Source: Candidatus Calditenuaceae archaeon (GTDB lineage Archaea; Thermoproteota; Nitrososphaeria_A; Caldarchaeales; Calditenuaceae). Taken from it: DNA of 64,000 nt. Made by a program: the position numbers and the translations under genes. A model generated the notes under the pieces. That model was given only the letters and a program-made list of their open reading frames with translations. It was not told where the DNA came from and made no database searches. The DNA lies in NCBI GenBank assembly GCA_025058225.1, contig JANXEE010000017.1:2084-66083 (forward strand), in the 5' to 3' direction. Positions 36,347 to 45,392 of the stretch are shown here, one piece after another. Position 1 is the stretch's first letter. Every line of letters begins with the position of its first letter.

Positions 36347-39175
36347 ATGCTGGTCGACCCGATCGAGCTGCTCGCTAAACCGGTGAGGGACGCGATCCTG
36401 GAGAGATTCGGTTCCCTCGTTGAGACTCAGAGGGCAGCGATACCCCACGTCGTCAGGGGTGAGAACGTCCTGCTGATGGCCCCGACCGGTTCAGGGAAGA
36501 CAGAGGCTGTCATCCTTCCGATCCTCAGCGAGCTGGTCGTGAACAGGGAACTGCGACCGATCGCGGCGCTCTACATCACACCCCTAAGGGCCCTCAACAG
36601 GGACCTGCTCGACAGGGTCACCTGGTGGTCCCAGCGGCTCGATCTTGCGGTGGCCGTCAGACACGGAGACACCTCCCCCTCCGAGCGTAGAGCTCACACC
36701 CTCAAGCCTCCCCTGATGCTCATCACCACCCCGGAGACGCTTCAGTCCCTGCTAACGGGGAAGGTGCTTCGCAGGTACCTCAGCAACCTGAGGTGGGTCA
36801 TCGTCGATGAGGTGCACGAACTCGCCACCGACAAGAGGGGGGCCCAGCTGTCGATCGCGCTGGAAAGGTTGAGGCTTCTCGCTGGGAGGGACCTTCAGGT
36901 CATCGGACTTTCGGCGACCGTCGGGAGCGCGGAGGTCGTCGCGAGCTTCCTCGTGGGTGTAGGGAGGGGTTGCAGGGTCGTGAAGGTTCCGATGCCCAAG
37001 GAGACTGAGGTCACGATACTCTACCCCGTTCCCTCCGGGGAGGACCGTGAGGTCGCGGAGTATCTCGGGATCGCACCGGACGTCGCGGCCCGGCTCAACG
37101 TCATCAAGTCGCTGGTTGAGTCTCACAGGTCCACCCTCGTCTTCACGAACACGAGGCCCCTCGCTGAGGTCCTCGCGAACAGGTTCAAGGCCCTCGACGA
37201 GGCCTTCCCCGTGACGATTCACCACGGATCGCTGGCAAGGGATAGGCGCGTCGAGGCTGAGCGGGACCTCAAGTACGGTGACCTCAGAGGGCTAATCTGC
37301 ACTTCCAGCCTTGAGATGGGGATAGACATCGGCAAGGTGGACCTCATCGTGCAGTACAACTCACCGAGGGAGGTCACCAGGCTCGTTCAGAGGGTGGGAA
37401 GGAGCGGTCACGGTATCGGCATGCAGTCCAAGGGGGTGGTGATCGTGATGGACTCAGACGACGCACTCGAGGCGATGGTGATCTCGAGGCGGGCTAAGGC
37501 GATGCTCCTCGAGCCGACAGAGGTTGTCAGGAACCCTCTGGACGTCGCGCTTCACCAAATCGCGGGAATCCTGATAGAACGCGGCAGCGTCGAGTTTGAT
37601 GAACTTTTGGGGATCCTCAGGAGGGCCTACAACTTCGCAGACCTCTCAAGGGAAGACTTGGAGATGGTCCTGCAGTTTGCAGCGGGGATAGGGCTGCTGA
37701 GGGTCCAAGACGGTAGGGTGCAGAAGCCCCCGAACCCGAAGAGGCTCTTCGATTACTACTTCGATAACCTCTCGATGATCCCGGAGGAGAGGCAATACCT
37801 CGTGGTCGAGGAGGAGAGCGGATCACCGGTCGGGACGCTCGACGAGAGCTTCGTGGCAGAGTACGGTGAGGTTGGGACTCGGTTCATACTCGGTGGAAGG
37901 GGATGGGTCATACTGAGCATGTCCGGTGACCGGATCTACGTGGCTCCGCTCAGGGAGGGTGAGGGCGCTATTCCCTCTTGGGTCGGTGACGAGATACCGG
38001 TTCCCTTCGAGGTCGCGCAGGAGGTCGGCAGCATCAGGAGGAGGTATGAGGAGATGAGGAGGGCCGGCATCGACCCGGACTCGGCGGCCTCTTCCCTCTC
38101 CGAGGAATACTCGGTGCCCATCGCGGACATGAGGAGGTCTCTGATGGAGGTGGAGGCTCACATCAAATTGGGCATACCCGTACCGTCAGACGAACTGGTG
38201 ATGGTCGAGGGCGCCGGTGAGTACGTGGTCGTCCACCTCTGCGGAGGTCTCAGGATCAACAGGACCGTCGGCAGACTTCTGGCGACTTTGCTGGCGGATC
38301 GCCTCGGCGCGCCGATCTCCGTCCTCTCAGACCCCTACAGGGTAGCACTCAGGTCACGGATGCTCTCGCCCGAGATGGTCTCAGGGTCACTCGGCGATCT
38401 CGTCGACGAGGAGTTGATGAGGAGGGCCCTCGAGGGGTCGGGGGTCTTCAGGAGGAGGCTTGTCCACGTCGCGAGGAAGATGGGGGTTGTGGAGAAGGGC
38501 GCAAGCCTGCTGGACGTCAGCACCAAGCAGCTCATCGAGGCTCTGAGGGGGGCAGCTCCGTACGTTGAGGCGCTGAGGTTCACGGCCTCGACAGACTTCG
38601 ACTGGGAGGGCGCGAAGAGAGAGCTGAAGAGGGTCATCGAGGGAGAGGTCCAGCTGGTGACCGTTCGTGTCGAGAGGATAAGCCCGCTGGCGGCCCTCAC
38701 GGTCAACAGGTTCCTCTACGAGTTCGAGAGTCAGGCTCCTGATCGGGTCGCGAGGGTGGTGCTGAACATGGTAAGGGGAAGGCTCATGTCGGAGAGGGTG
38801 ACACTGCTCTGCACCGATTGTTACTCGGCCCAGTGGGCCACTGATGTGGGGTCGCTGGAACCCAGGCCGGTATGCCCCGAGTGCAGGTCCCAGAGGCTCG
38901 GTGTTCTGAGGGGTTCCCCGGAGGCGGTCTCGTCTCTGGTCGCCAAGAGGGGAAGGGCCCAATCGGCAGAGGAGAGGGCCATCAGGAGAGAGGCCGAGAG
39001 GACAGCTCAGCTGGTCGAGCGTTACGGTAAGTCGGCGGTGGTGGTGCTGGTCGGCAGGGGGCTGTCGAGCAGGGACGCAGAGGAGATTCTGTCGGAGGAG
39101 AGCAGGCTCGTGCCCAAGCTCTTCGAGCTGATCATGGAGGCGGAGAAGGAGAAGCTGCTCCAGGCGTTCAGGTGA
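36347..39175 (+). CDS. lhr: Lhr-type large superfamily-2 helicase (archaeal Lhr2-like)
   Basis: Walker A APTGSGKTEA, DEVHE box, SAT and HHGSL motifs, Lhr-core architecture. 942 aa. Confidence 0.8.
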   Translation: MLVDPIELLAKPVRDAILERFGSLVETQRAAIPHVVRGENVLLMAPTGSGKTEAVILPILSELVVNRELRPIAALYITPLRALNRDLLDRVTWWSQRLDLAVAVRHGDTSPSERRAHTLKPPLMLITTPETLQSLLTGKVLRRYLSNLRWVIVDEVHELATDKRGAQLSIALERLRLLAGRDLQVIGLSATVGSAEVVASFLVGVGRGCRVVKVPMPKETEVTILYPVPSGEDREVAEYLGIAPDVAARLNVIKSLVESHRSTLVFTNTRPLAEVLANRFKALDEAFPVTIHHGSLARDRRVEAERDLKYGDLRGLICTSSLEMGIDIGKVDLIVQYNSPREVTRLVQRVGRSGHGIGMQSKGVVIVMDSDDALEAMVISRRAKAMLLEPTEVVRNPLDVALHQIAGILIERGSVEFDELLGILRRAYNFADLSREDLEMVLQFAAGIGLLRVQDGRVQKPPNPKRLFDYYFDNLSMIPEERQYLVVEEESGSPVGTLDESFVAEYGEVGTRFILGGRGWVILSMSGDRIYVAPLREGEGAIPSWVGDEIPVPFEVAQEVGSIRRRYEEMRRAGIDPDSAASSLSEEYSVPIADMRRSLMEVEAHIKLGIPVPSDELVMVEGAGEYVVVHLCGGLRINRTVGRLLATLLADRLGAPISVLSDPYRVALRSRMLSPEMVSGSLGDLVDEELMRRALEGSGVFRRRLVHVARKMGVVEKGASLLDVSTKQLIEALRGAAPYVEALRFTASTDFDWEGAKRELKRVIEGEVQLVTVRVERISPLAALTVNRFLYEFESQAPDRVARVVLNMVRGRLMSERVTLLCTDCYSAQWATDVGSLEPRPVCPECRSQRLGVLRGSPEAVSSLVAKRGRAQSAEERAIRREAERTAQLVERYGKSAVVVLVGRGLSSRDAEEILSEESRLVPKLFELIMEAEKEKLLQAFR

Positions 39176-39181
39176 CCGGAC

Positions 39182-39673
39182 TCAGGTAGGCGCGGCCTTG
39201 GTGTCCATCAGCAGCCTTATCATACCCTCCTCTTCCTTCTTGACGACGTAACCCGGTACCTCTACGATTTGATCGCCGATGGCCACGCAGCCGTGAACGA
39301 TGAGCTGTCGCGCGTGATGCACCGTCCTCGCGAGGCCCATCCGGTAGACGACTGTCTGGAGCCTCCGCTCGAGTACGTCCCTGACGGTCAGCTTGAGGAC
39401 GTCGTCCGCGGTCGCGTTCTCGGAGATCAGCCCGTACTTCGCAAGGGTCCGGATCAACTCCGTCTCCCTTCTCAGCCTATCCTCTCCGGTCAAGACGAAG
39501 AGCGACCTAGCGATCTTCCTGTACTTCCTCAGCAAAGCTTGGGCCTTCCAGAGCTCCCTCTTGTTCCTGAGCCCGTACTCTCCCAGCAACCTCAGCTCGT
39601 CCATCAGCCTGTCGGCCCTCCACGGTTGGCGGGGCGTCTCGTAGGTCTTCCTCGGCCTCTTGGGGTCTCCCAT
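39182..39673 (-). CDS. rps4: 30S ribosomal protein uS4 (S4P)
   Basis: MGDPKRPRKTYETPRQPW N-terminus and S4 domain. Start taken at the internal MGDPK. Confidence 0.85.
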   Translation of the reverse strand: MGDPKRPRKTYETPRQPWRADRLMDELRLLGEYGLRNKRELWKAQALLRKYRKIARSLFVLTGEDRLRRETELIRTLAKYGLISENATADDVLKLTVRDVLERRLQTVVYRMGLARTVHHARQLIVHGCVAIGDQIVEVPGYVVKKEEEGMIRLLMDTKAAPT

Positions 39674-39774
39674 CTGTCGATCTCCCGAAAGCCCGACCAA
39701 TTAAACCTGATAACCTCGAATTGGGGCAGCTCGGGTGCGTGCTGTTCGGCCCTTCGAGGTACTTCGGTGGCGGC

Positions 39775-40191
39775 TCAGTCACCAGCCTTGATGAGTAGGG
39801 AACCTTGCCGTTCGTCCACCTCCCTGAGCACCCATCCCCTCCTGAGGAACCTCACCGCGATCACCGGCCTCGGCCGTATCTGATGGCCGCAGGATGGGCA
39901 CTTGACCACGAACATCCTCGAGAACTCCAATAGCCTCTCCACCTGCTCCCCGGGGACGATGACCTCCTCTCCGTTGGTGGACTTGACCTCGATCGCGTAG
40001 AGCTCCCCTCCGTCAACAGCCAGCACGTCTGGTTTCAGAGTGGATTTGCCCGTACCGCTTCCCGGTGTTCTGATCGCGTAGTAACCGGGCTTGCATCTGG
40101 CGATGAACGTTCTGATGAGCTGGTACTCGCCCTCGTAGCCTATCCTGTGTCTGTACTTCCTGCTGAACCTGTTACGCGGTCTCGGAGGCAC
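39775..40191 (-). CDS. hjc: Holliday junction resolvase Hjc (with short CPSCGH insertion)
   Basis: GYEGEYQLIRTF...PDVLAV..YAIEVKST...ERLLEFSRMF follows the Hjc nuclease-fold pattern. An extra VKCPSCGHQIRPRP segment is inserted relative to Pyrococcus Hjc. Confidence 0.7.
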   Translation of the reverse strand: MPPRPRNRFSRKYRHRIGYEGEYQLIRTFIARCKPGYYAIRTPGSGTGKSTLKPDVLAVDGGELYAIEVKSTNGEEVIVPGEQVERLLEFSRMFVVKCPSCGHQIRPRPVIAVRFLRRGWVLREVDERQGSLLIKAGD

Positions 40192-40492
40192 GGTATCTCG
40201 GCTCTAGTCCCCTAGCTAAAACTCTGTACCCGTAATCTGGATGTGACCTTCTCCGCAGAGAGCTCTGGGTGAATACGTTACTACCGTTGCGCGTTGAACT
40301 TCATCTGGATGGGGGACGGCACTGTAAAGTGCGACGTGGTTCTGATGCTGACAGATATCTCCTACTTTTACCCGTAAAGCCCTGATTAAAAGTGAATTCG
40401 GAGTGGTACATCATATTATCCTGAATAAGCTGCAGTAAAATTGGAAACTTGTACCTATCCGTACCTGTCTTGAAGAACGGTGATCTCCTTGA

Positions 40493-41350
40493 CTAGGATG
40501 TCGAAGGGCCGCTGGTTCTTACTTTCAGCGTCGAAAGGCTAGTCTCAGCACTCTCCCCCTCAAGAGTTCCCGTCGCGGTTGCGCTAGTGCTGTCACGTCC
40601 CGCGGTGTAAGTGGTCGTGCTCTCCTGAGGTGTATTCCCGTTTGTGTGGTCGAGGCAGCTCTTCTCAGCGACCAGCGTCAACGCGCCACCGAACATCGTC
40701 ACCTTGAGTCTCGCGAGCCTAAACCGCTCCGCGATCAGGGAGCGGAGCTCACCGACGGTCGGCCACCTGACGTATGTCGGGTAGATGAACCACACCTTCA
40801 GTCCCCTCGCCCCGGATACTAGGAACCCGAGAAACGGCGCTACTGCGAACCAGTATGCCCCCATCACGAGCTTCAGGGGCGGTCTGTCAGGCTTAGCGAT
40901 GTCACATATCAGCATCTTCCCGCCAGCTCTAAGGACCCTGTGCATCTCCGATATTGCCCTCCTCAAATCGAGGGAGTCCCTGATGGCGAAGCCCGTCACT
41001 ATCAGGTCGAAGGCCCTCTCCCTGAACGGCGCCCTCTCGAAGACTCCCCTCACCAGAGAGTACCTTATGGAACCTATCGCGACTGCCCTATCGCACATAA
41101 CCCGCAGCGGTTCGAGCGCCACCACATCAGCCTCTCCGTTCTCCCTCAGGATCAATTTCGAGAACGTACCAGGCCCAGCTCCAGCGTCGAGAACTTTCCT
41201 CGCGTTCGGGGCTGAGGCTTCCCGCAGAGCCCTGACCCGAAGTCTGAAGTCGTTGCCCAGTGAGAGGAACCTGTTGACTCGGTCATATACGTCGACGATC
41301 TCGGCGAGGGCCTCCTCCACCACTCGCCACTTGGGCCCCAGCCCACCCAA
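40493..41350 (-). CDS. Class I SAM-dependent methyltransferase (UbiE/MenG-like)
   Basis: VLDAGAGPGTFS motif I plus post-I and II blocks. C-terminal ~60 aa are low-complexity S/T-rich. Confidence 0.7.
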   Translation of the reverse strand: MGGLGPKWRVVEEALAEIVDVYDRVNRFLSLGNDFRLRVRALREASAPNARKVLDAGAGPGTFSKLILRENGEADVVALEPLRVMCDRAVAIGSIRYSLVRGVFERAPFRERAFDLIVTGFAIRDSLDLRRAISEMHRVLRAGGKMLICDIAKPDRPPLKLVMGAYWFAVAPFLGFLVSGARGLKVWFIYPTYVRWPTVGELRSLIAERFRLARLKVTMFGGALTLVAEKSCLDHTNGNTPQESTTTYTAGRDSTSATATGTLEGESAETSLSTLKVRTSGPSTS

Positions 41351-41407
41351 ATCCGCCGAGGACCTCCAGCCTCCGATCTATATTTTAGTTACGGGCACGA
41401 TCACCGG

Positions 41408-42622
41408 TTGAGCTCGCAGGGCGATGGTCCCCCGCTCGATAAGACTCGGGGGCTGAAGCTGCTTTACATGAGGTCGATCTCGTCCTCGCTGGCACTGGGA
41501 GCATCACAGCCCTTCTTGGCCGTCTACGCTGCTACGTTGGGAGCATCACCGTTGACGATCGCCGCCCTTCACGCGACCATGAACCTCTTCACCAACGCGG
41601 TTCAGACTCTCTGGGGCAGGTTATCCGATGCCTCCGGTCGAAGAGTTCCCTGGATCGTTGCGGGGAGTCTGCTGGCCGCGATAACGTGGGTCCCAGCCCT
41701 TCTCACGAGGTCACCCGATCAGTTCGTCCTCATTATGGCGCTGAGGTTCGTGGCGCTGTCGATGACCACACCTACTTCTACCGCCCTGCTCGCGGACGTC
41801 TCAGACCCTGAGGAGAGGCAGGCTTTAGTCTCAAGGACTCAGATGTGGGGCACCGTCGGCGCGGCCTCGGCGACGATCGCGGTCGGCCTCTCACAGCTGA
41901 TGGGGTTCGAGGGCTTCGCGGTGGGGTTCGTGATCGCGATGGTCTCCGAGGCCGTTTCGGGGTTCGTGATGATTCCCTTCAAGGAGACCGCCAGACCTCA
42001 GAAGAAGCTCGAGCCTCTACCCTCCTTCTCCGGTAATGATCCCTACGTCTCATACCTGACCATCAACACGATTTACATATTCTTCATGTCCATCTCTTGG
42101 CCACTTTTCACCATAACCATCGCGACCGTTGCAAGGCTGGACGTGCTCACGATAGCCGTTATGAACGTCCTCAGCGACGCGTCTTCGCTGGTGGCACTCT
42201 TCCTCCTTCAAAGAACGAACCTCGACTTCTCGAGGACGGTCGCTGCCATGGCCGCTACCAGGGTCTCCTTCGCGGTGGTGCCTCTCGTCTACGGATTACT
42301 TCCTAGTCCCCCCTACCTGATCGGGATAAATTTGCTCACGGGTGCGATGATCTCCCTCAACAACGCCCTCTCAACCCTTTACCTGCTCGCGGTGGTGCGT
42401 CCAGAGAACAGGGCAACTCTCACGGCGTTGGCGAACCTCGCACAGGGCCTCGGCAGCTTCTTGGGGTCCATGATAGGCGGGATACTGGTGGAGACCTTTC
42501 AGCCGACGCTGGGTTTCAGCGGCGCCCTCATAACAGTTTACCTATTATCCTCGGTGGGCAGGGCAGGATTCGGGTTGCTCCACCTGAGGCTCAAGAGGGG
42601 TGGCTCGAGTGAAACCGGCTGA
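41408..42622 (+). CDS. MFS transporter
   Basis: 12 predicted TM helices and an MFS-like loop 2-3 motif. 404 aa. Confidence 0.75.
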   Translation: MSSQGDGPPLDKTRGLKLLYMRSISSSLALGASQPFLAVYAATLGASPLTIAALHATMNLFTNAVQTLWGRLSDASGRRVPWIVAGSLLAAITWVPALLTRSPDQFVLIMALRFVALSMTTPTSTALLADVSDPEERQALVSRTQMWGTVGAASATIAVGLSQLMGFEGFAVGFVIAMVSEAVSGFVMIPFKETARPQKKLEPLPSFSGNDPYVSYLTINTIYIFFMSISWPLFTITIATVARLDVLTIAVMNVLSDASSLVALFLLQRTNLDFSRTVAAMAATRVSFAVVPLVYGLLPSPPYLIGINLLTGAMISLNNALSTLYLLAVVRPENRATLTALANLAQGLGSFLGSMIGGILVETFQPTLGFSGALITVYLLSSVGRAGFGLLHLRLKRGGSSETG

Positions 42623-43079
42623 GTATCTGTTGGTGGCGGTCTCGCCCTCGGAGCAGTCCCGCAGGGCCGGACGTTTAGCCGTGAAGCTGGCGAAGTCTCT
42701 AGGGGTGGAGTTGAGGGTGGTTGCCGTGATGCCTGCCCAAGTCGTCGGGTCACCACTCGATCAGCTGGTGAAATCCTCCGCGGTCGAGGCCGGAATCCAG
42801 TCGGCCGTCACGGTACCCGATTCGGTGCTGAGGCGCGACCTCGTGACGCTCAACGATCTCGTGATGGAGCTGCTCGATGAATGCGTGTCTTCAGGCGTCA
42901 AGGCGACCTATCTACCCCTCAGCTCGACCGGCGACGTCGTCTCCAGGATACTCCTCGAGGTGAAGGAAGGGTGCTGGGCGGTGGTGTTGGGAGCTGGCGA
43001 AAAGAGGCCCGGCAGGCTCGGGCACGTCGCCGAGGGTGTCGCTAGGAGGTCATCGGTGCCGGTGGTGTTGGTGCCTTGA
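42600..43079 (+). CDS. Universal stress protein (UspA-family) domain protein
   Basis: alpha/beta USP fold pattern with C-terminal G-x-G...S(V)PVVLV. Overlaps the MFS gene end. Confidence 0.55.
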   Translation: MARVKPAEYLLVAVSPSEQSRRAGRLAVKLAKSLGVELRVVAVMPAQVVGSPLDQLVKSSAVEAGIQSAVTVPDSVLRRDLVTLNDLVMELLDECVSSGVKATYLPLSSTGDVVSRILLEVKEGCWAVVLGAGEKRPGRLGHVAEGVARRSSVPVVLVP

Positions 43080-44191
43080 GACACGAGGCTCCTCCCGGAT
43101 CGGTCTCATCGTCGGGTAAGCGCGTGCACGGTAAGGCATCGTTAGTCAGGACCAGGAGGGTGAAGGTTGATCCCGAAAACCCGGCCGAAGAGGTCATCAA
43201 GGATGCAGCTCACGTCATCGGTTCAGGGGGGCTGGTCGCCTTCCCGACGGAGACGGTTTACGGACTGGGCGCAGATGCGCTCAACCCCGATGCCGTGATG
43301 CGGGTTTTCAGGGTGAAGGGAAGGCCTCCCGACAACCCACTGATAGTTCACGTCGCCGACCCGGATAGCGTCTACCTGCTCGCGTCTGAGGTGCCGAGGG
43401 TTGCCGATCTCCTCATCGAGCGATTCTGGCCTGGGCCGCTGACTCTGGTGTTGAAGAGGACCGAGATGGTTCCTCCCGTCACCTCTGCAGGCCTCGACAC
43501 AGTCGCTGTGAGGATGCCGGCTCATGCTGTTCCGTTGGCTCTCATCAGGACGGCGGGGACACCGATCGCCGCACCGAGCGCCAACAGGTCAGGCTCTCCA
43601 AGCCCGACCACTGCAGACCATGTGATGAGGGACCTCGAGGGAGAGATCGAGCTGGTCCTGGACGGTGGCCCCACAGAGATCGGCGTCGAGTCGACGGTCC
43701 TCGACGTCACGGTCGAGCCTCCTGAGGTGCTTAGGCCCGGAGGGTTACCTGTTGAGGAGATTGAACGGGTAATAGGTAGCGTAAGGGTCCCCGATTGGGC
43801 GAGGGGTCTGGAGCGGTACGCTTCGAGGCCGAGGGCTCCGGGGATGAAGTACAGACATTACGCTCCCAAGGCCAGGTTGGTACTCGTTGAGGGGAGGCCG
43901 CAGGACGTCCGTTACAGGGTTCAGGAGCTGGTTAACGAGTTCACGAGTAAAGGCATCAGGGTCGGGGTGCTGACCACAGATGGTAAGCGCTACGAGAACG
44001 CAACGACGGTAGACCTGGGGCCCTCGTGGGACCTGAGGGCGGTAGCGAGATCGCTGTTCAGCTCGATAAGGGCGCTCGACGAGTCTGGTGTCGACGTCGT
44101 CGTCGCAGAGGGTGTGGAGGAGAGAGGTATGGGACTCGCGATAATGAACAGGCTCAGGAAGGCCAGTGGAGGCGAGATAGTCTACGTCTGA
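43076..44191 (+). CDS. sua5: L-threonylcarbamoyladenylate synthase Sua5 (YrdC domain + Sua5 C-terminal domain)
   Basis: KDAAHVIGSGGLVAFPTETVYGLGADA...GRPPDNPLIVHV is the YrdC signature. A C-terminal Sua5 domain is present. Confidence 0.85.
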   Translation: MRHEAPPGSVSSSGKRVHGKASLVRTRRVKVDPENPAEEVIKDAAHVIGSGGLVAFPTETVYGLGADALNPDAVMRVFRVKGRPPDNPLIVHVADPDSVYLLASEVPRVADLLIERFWPGPLTLVLKRTEMVPPVTSAGLDTVAVRMPAHAVPLALIRTAGTPIAAPSANRSGSPSPTTADHVMRDLEGEIELVLDGGPTEIGVESTVLDVTVEPPEVLRPGGLPVEEIERVIGSVRVPDWARGLERYASRPRAPGMKYRHYAPKARLVLVEGRPQDVRYRVQELVNEFTSKGIRVGVLTTDGKRYENATTVDLGPSWDLRAVARSLFSSIRALDESGVDVVVAEGVEERGMGLAIMNRLRKASGGEIVYV

Positions 44192-44192
44192 C

Positions 44193-44498
44193 TCAACCTT
44201 TCTTCTGTTTTTCTAGAAACCCCTCGCGGATCAGGATGAACTTGGGCTCTACGCGCATCAGGTCGTGTTCGTTGTCGTAGACCCTCGCGATCACCCTCGA
44301 TGTCGCCCTTCCGGCTGGAGACCAGACCTTCACCACTACGAGTCTCTCAGACTTGGCGTTGAGCACCGTCGCGAGTAGCTCCCTGAGCTGTGACCTGCTA
44401 GGCGTGCCTCCTCTGTTGTTGATCTCAACCAAGTACTCGGTTCTCTTCAGCAGCTCGTTTCTGTTGGTCGCGACTATCCTGTATTCAGCGAAGGTCAT
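44193..44498 (-). CDS. rps24e: 30S ribosomal protein eS24
   Basis: RNELLKRTEYLVEINNRGGTPSRSQLRELLA...RVYDNEHDLMRVEPKFILIREGF matches S24e. Confidence 0.8.
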   Translation of the reverse strand: MTFAEYRIVATNRNELLKRTEYLVEINNRGGTPSRSQLRELLATVLNAKSERLVVVKVWSPAGRATSRVIARVYDNEHDLMRVEPKFILIREGFLEKQKKG

Positions 44499-44502
44499 GC
44501 GG

Positions 44503-44904
44503 TCACTTCACCACGAGAGCGTTGATCTGGACTATCGCGTCGCCTATCGTGTTCCCCCTGACCGAGACCCTCTTCCTCAAGCCCCTGACCGCCCGACGGT
44601 TCCTCGGCTTCTTCCTCTTGGAAGGTGGTTTCCTTCGGGCCCTGAAGCCAACGCCCCTAGTGAGCAAGACGCTCGCGAGCCTGGTTCCGCTAACGTCTGA
44701 CCTCATCGGAAAGCCTGCGAGGTCGCTTCCGCCTGTTATCTTGATCCTCACGTCGCCCAGCCCCAACGGACCGCCCTCGATGACGTCGCCGATCTTCTTC
44801 CCCCTGAAGGCGAGGAACTGCTGCTGCGTCAGCTGTATCGTCTTAGAGGTGCCCGTAGACGGGTCTGAGAGGACGAGCCTCGGTGCGCTCACCTTCTGGG
44901 ACAT
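44503..44904 (-). CDS. rps6e: 30S ribosomal protein eS6
   Basis: SDPSTGTSKTIQL..FRGKKIGDVIEGGPLGLGDVRIKITGGSDLAGFPMRSDV...RKRVSVRGNTIGDAIVQINALVVK is diagnostic of S6e. Confidence 0.85.
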   Translation of the reverse strand: MSQKVSAPRLVLSDPSTGTSKTIQLTQQQFLAFRGKKIGDVIEGGPLGLGDVRIKITGGSDLAGFPMRSDVSGTRLASVLLTRGVGFRARRKPPSKRKKPRNRRAVRGLRKRVSVRGNTIGDAIVQINALVVK

Positions 44905-44927
44905 TCCCTGACCTCTACCCCGACTCC

Positions 44928-45392
44928 CTATTTGAACTGCTCGCTGGAGGAGACGTTCCTCTGGGCCCTGTTGAGGACCTCGGTGGTGCTGAGGTTCGGG
45001 GTGAGAGGAGCCCGTGGCGCCCTCCTGATCTCCACCCTGAGTCCTCTTGCCTCGCAGAACCTCCTGAATTCCTGCTCGATCGCAAATTGGTCATACCCGA
45101 AGAGGACGACGTCGGGCCTGACGCGCCTCATCACCTTCTCGAAGCTGATCGGCCTGTATCCCATGATCACCCTGTCGACGTATTTGATGCTTGAGAGGAC
45201 TAGGAGGCGCTCCCGCTCGTTCATCACCGGCTCCCTTCTCTTCCTGTTTCTGATGGTCTCATCCGATGCCAGCACGACCACCACCTTTCCCCTCTTACCG
45301 GCAAGCCGTCTTGCGTATTGGAGCAGGTAGACGTGCCCCGGGTGAACGATCTCGAACGCGCCCGTCGTCAGGACGGTCTTCTGTCTCACCAC
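44928..45392 (-). CDS. ribL: Cytidylyltransferase-family nucleotidyltransferase, most similar to archaeal FAD synthase RibL (alternatively PPAT)
   Basis: TTGAFEIVHPGH...VLASDETIRNRKRREPVMNERER...YVDRVIMG...RPDVVLFGYDQ parallels M. jannaschii RibL block by block. Confidence 0.6.
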   Translation of the reverse strand: MVRQKTVLTTGAFEIVHPGHVYLLQYARRLAGKRGKVVVVLASDETIRNRKRREPVMNERERLLVLSSIKYVDRVIMGYRPISFEKVMRRVRPDVVLFGYDQFAIEQEFRRFCEARGLRVEIRRAPRAPLTPNLSTTEVLNRAQRNVSSSEQFK

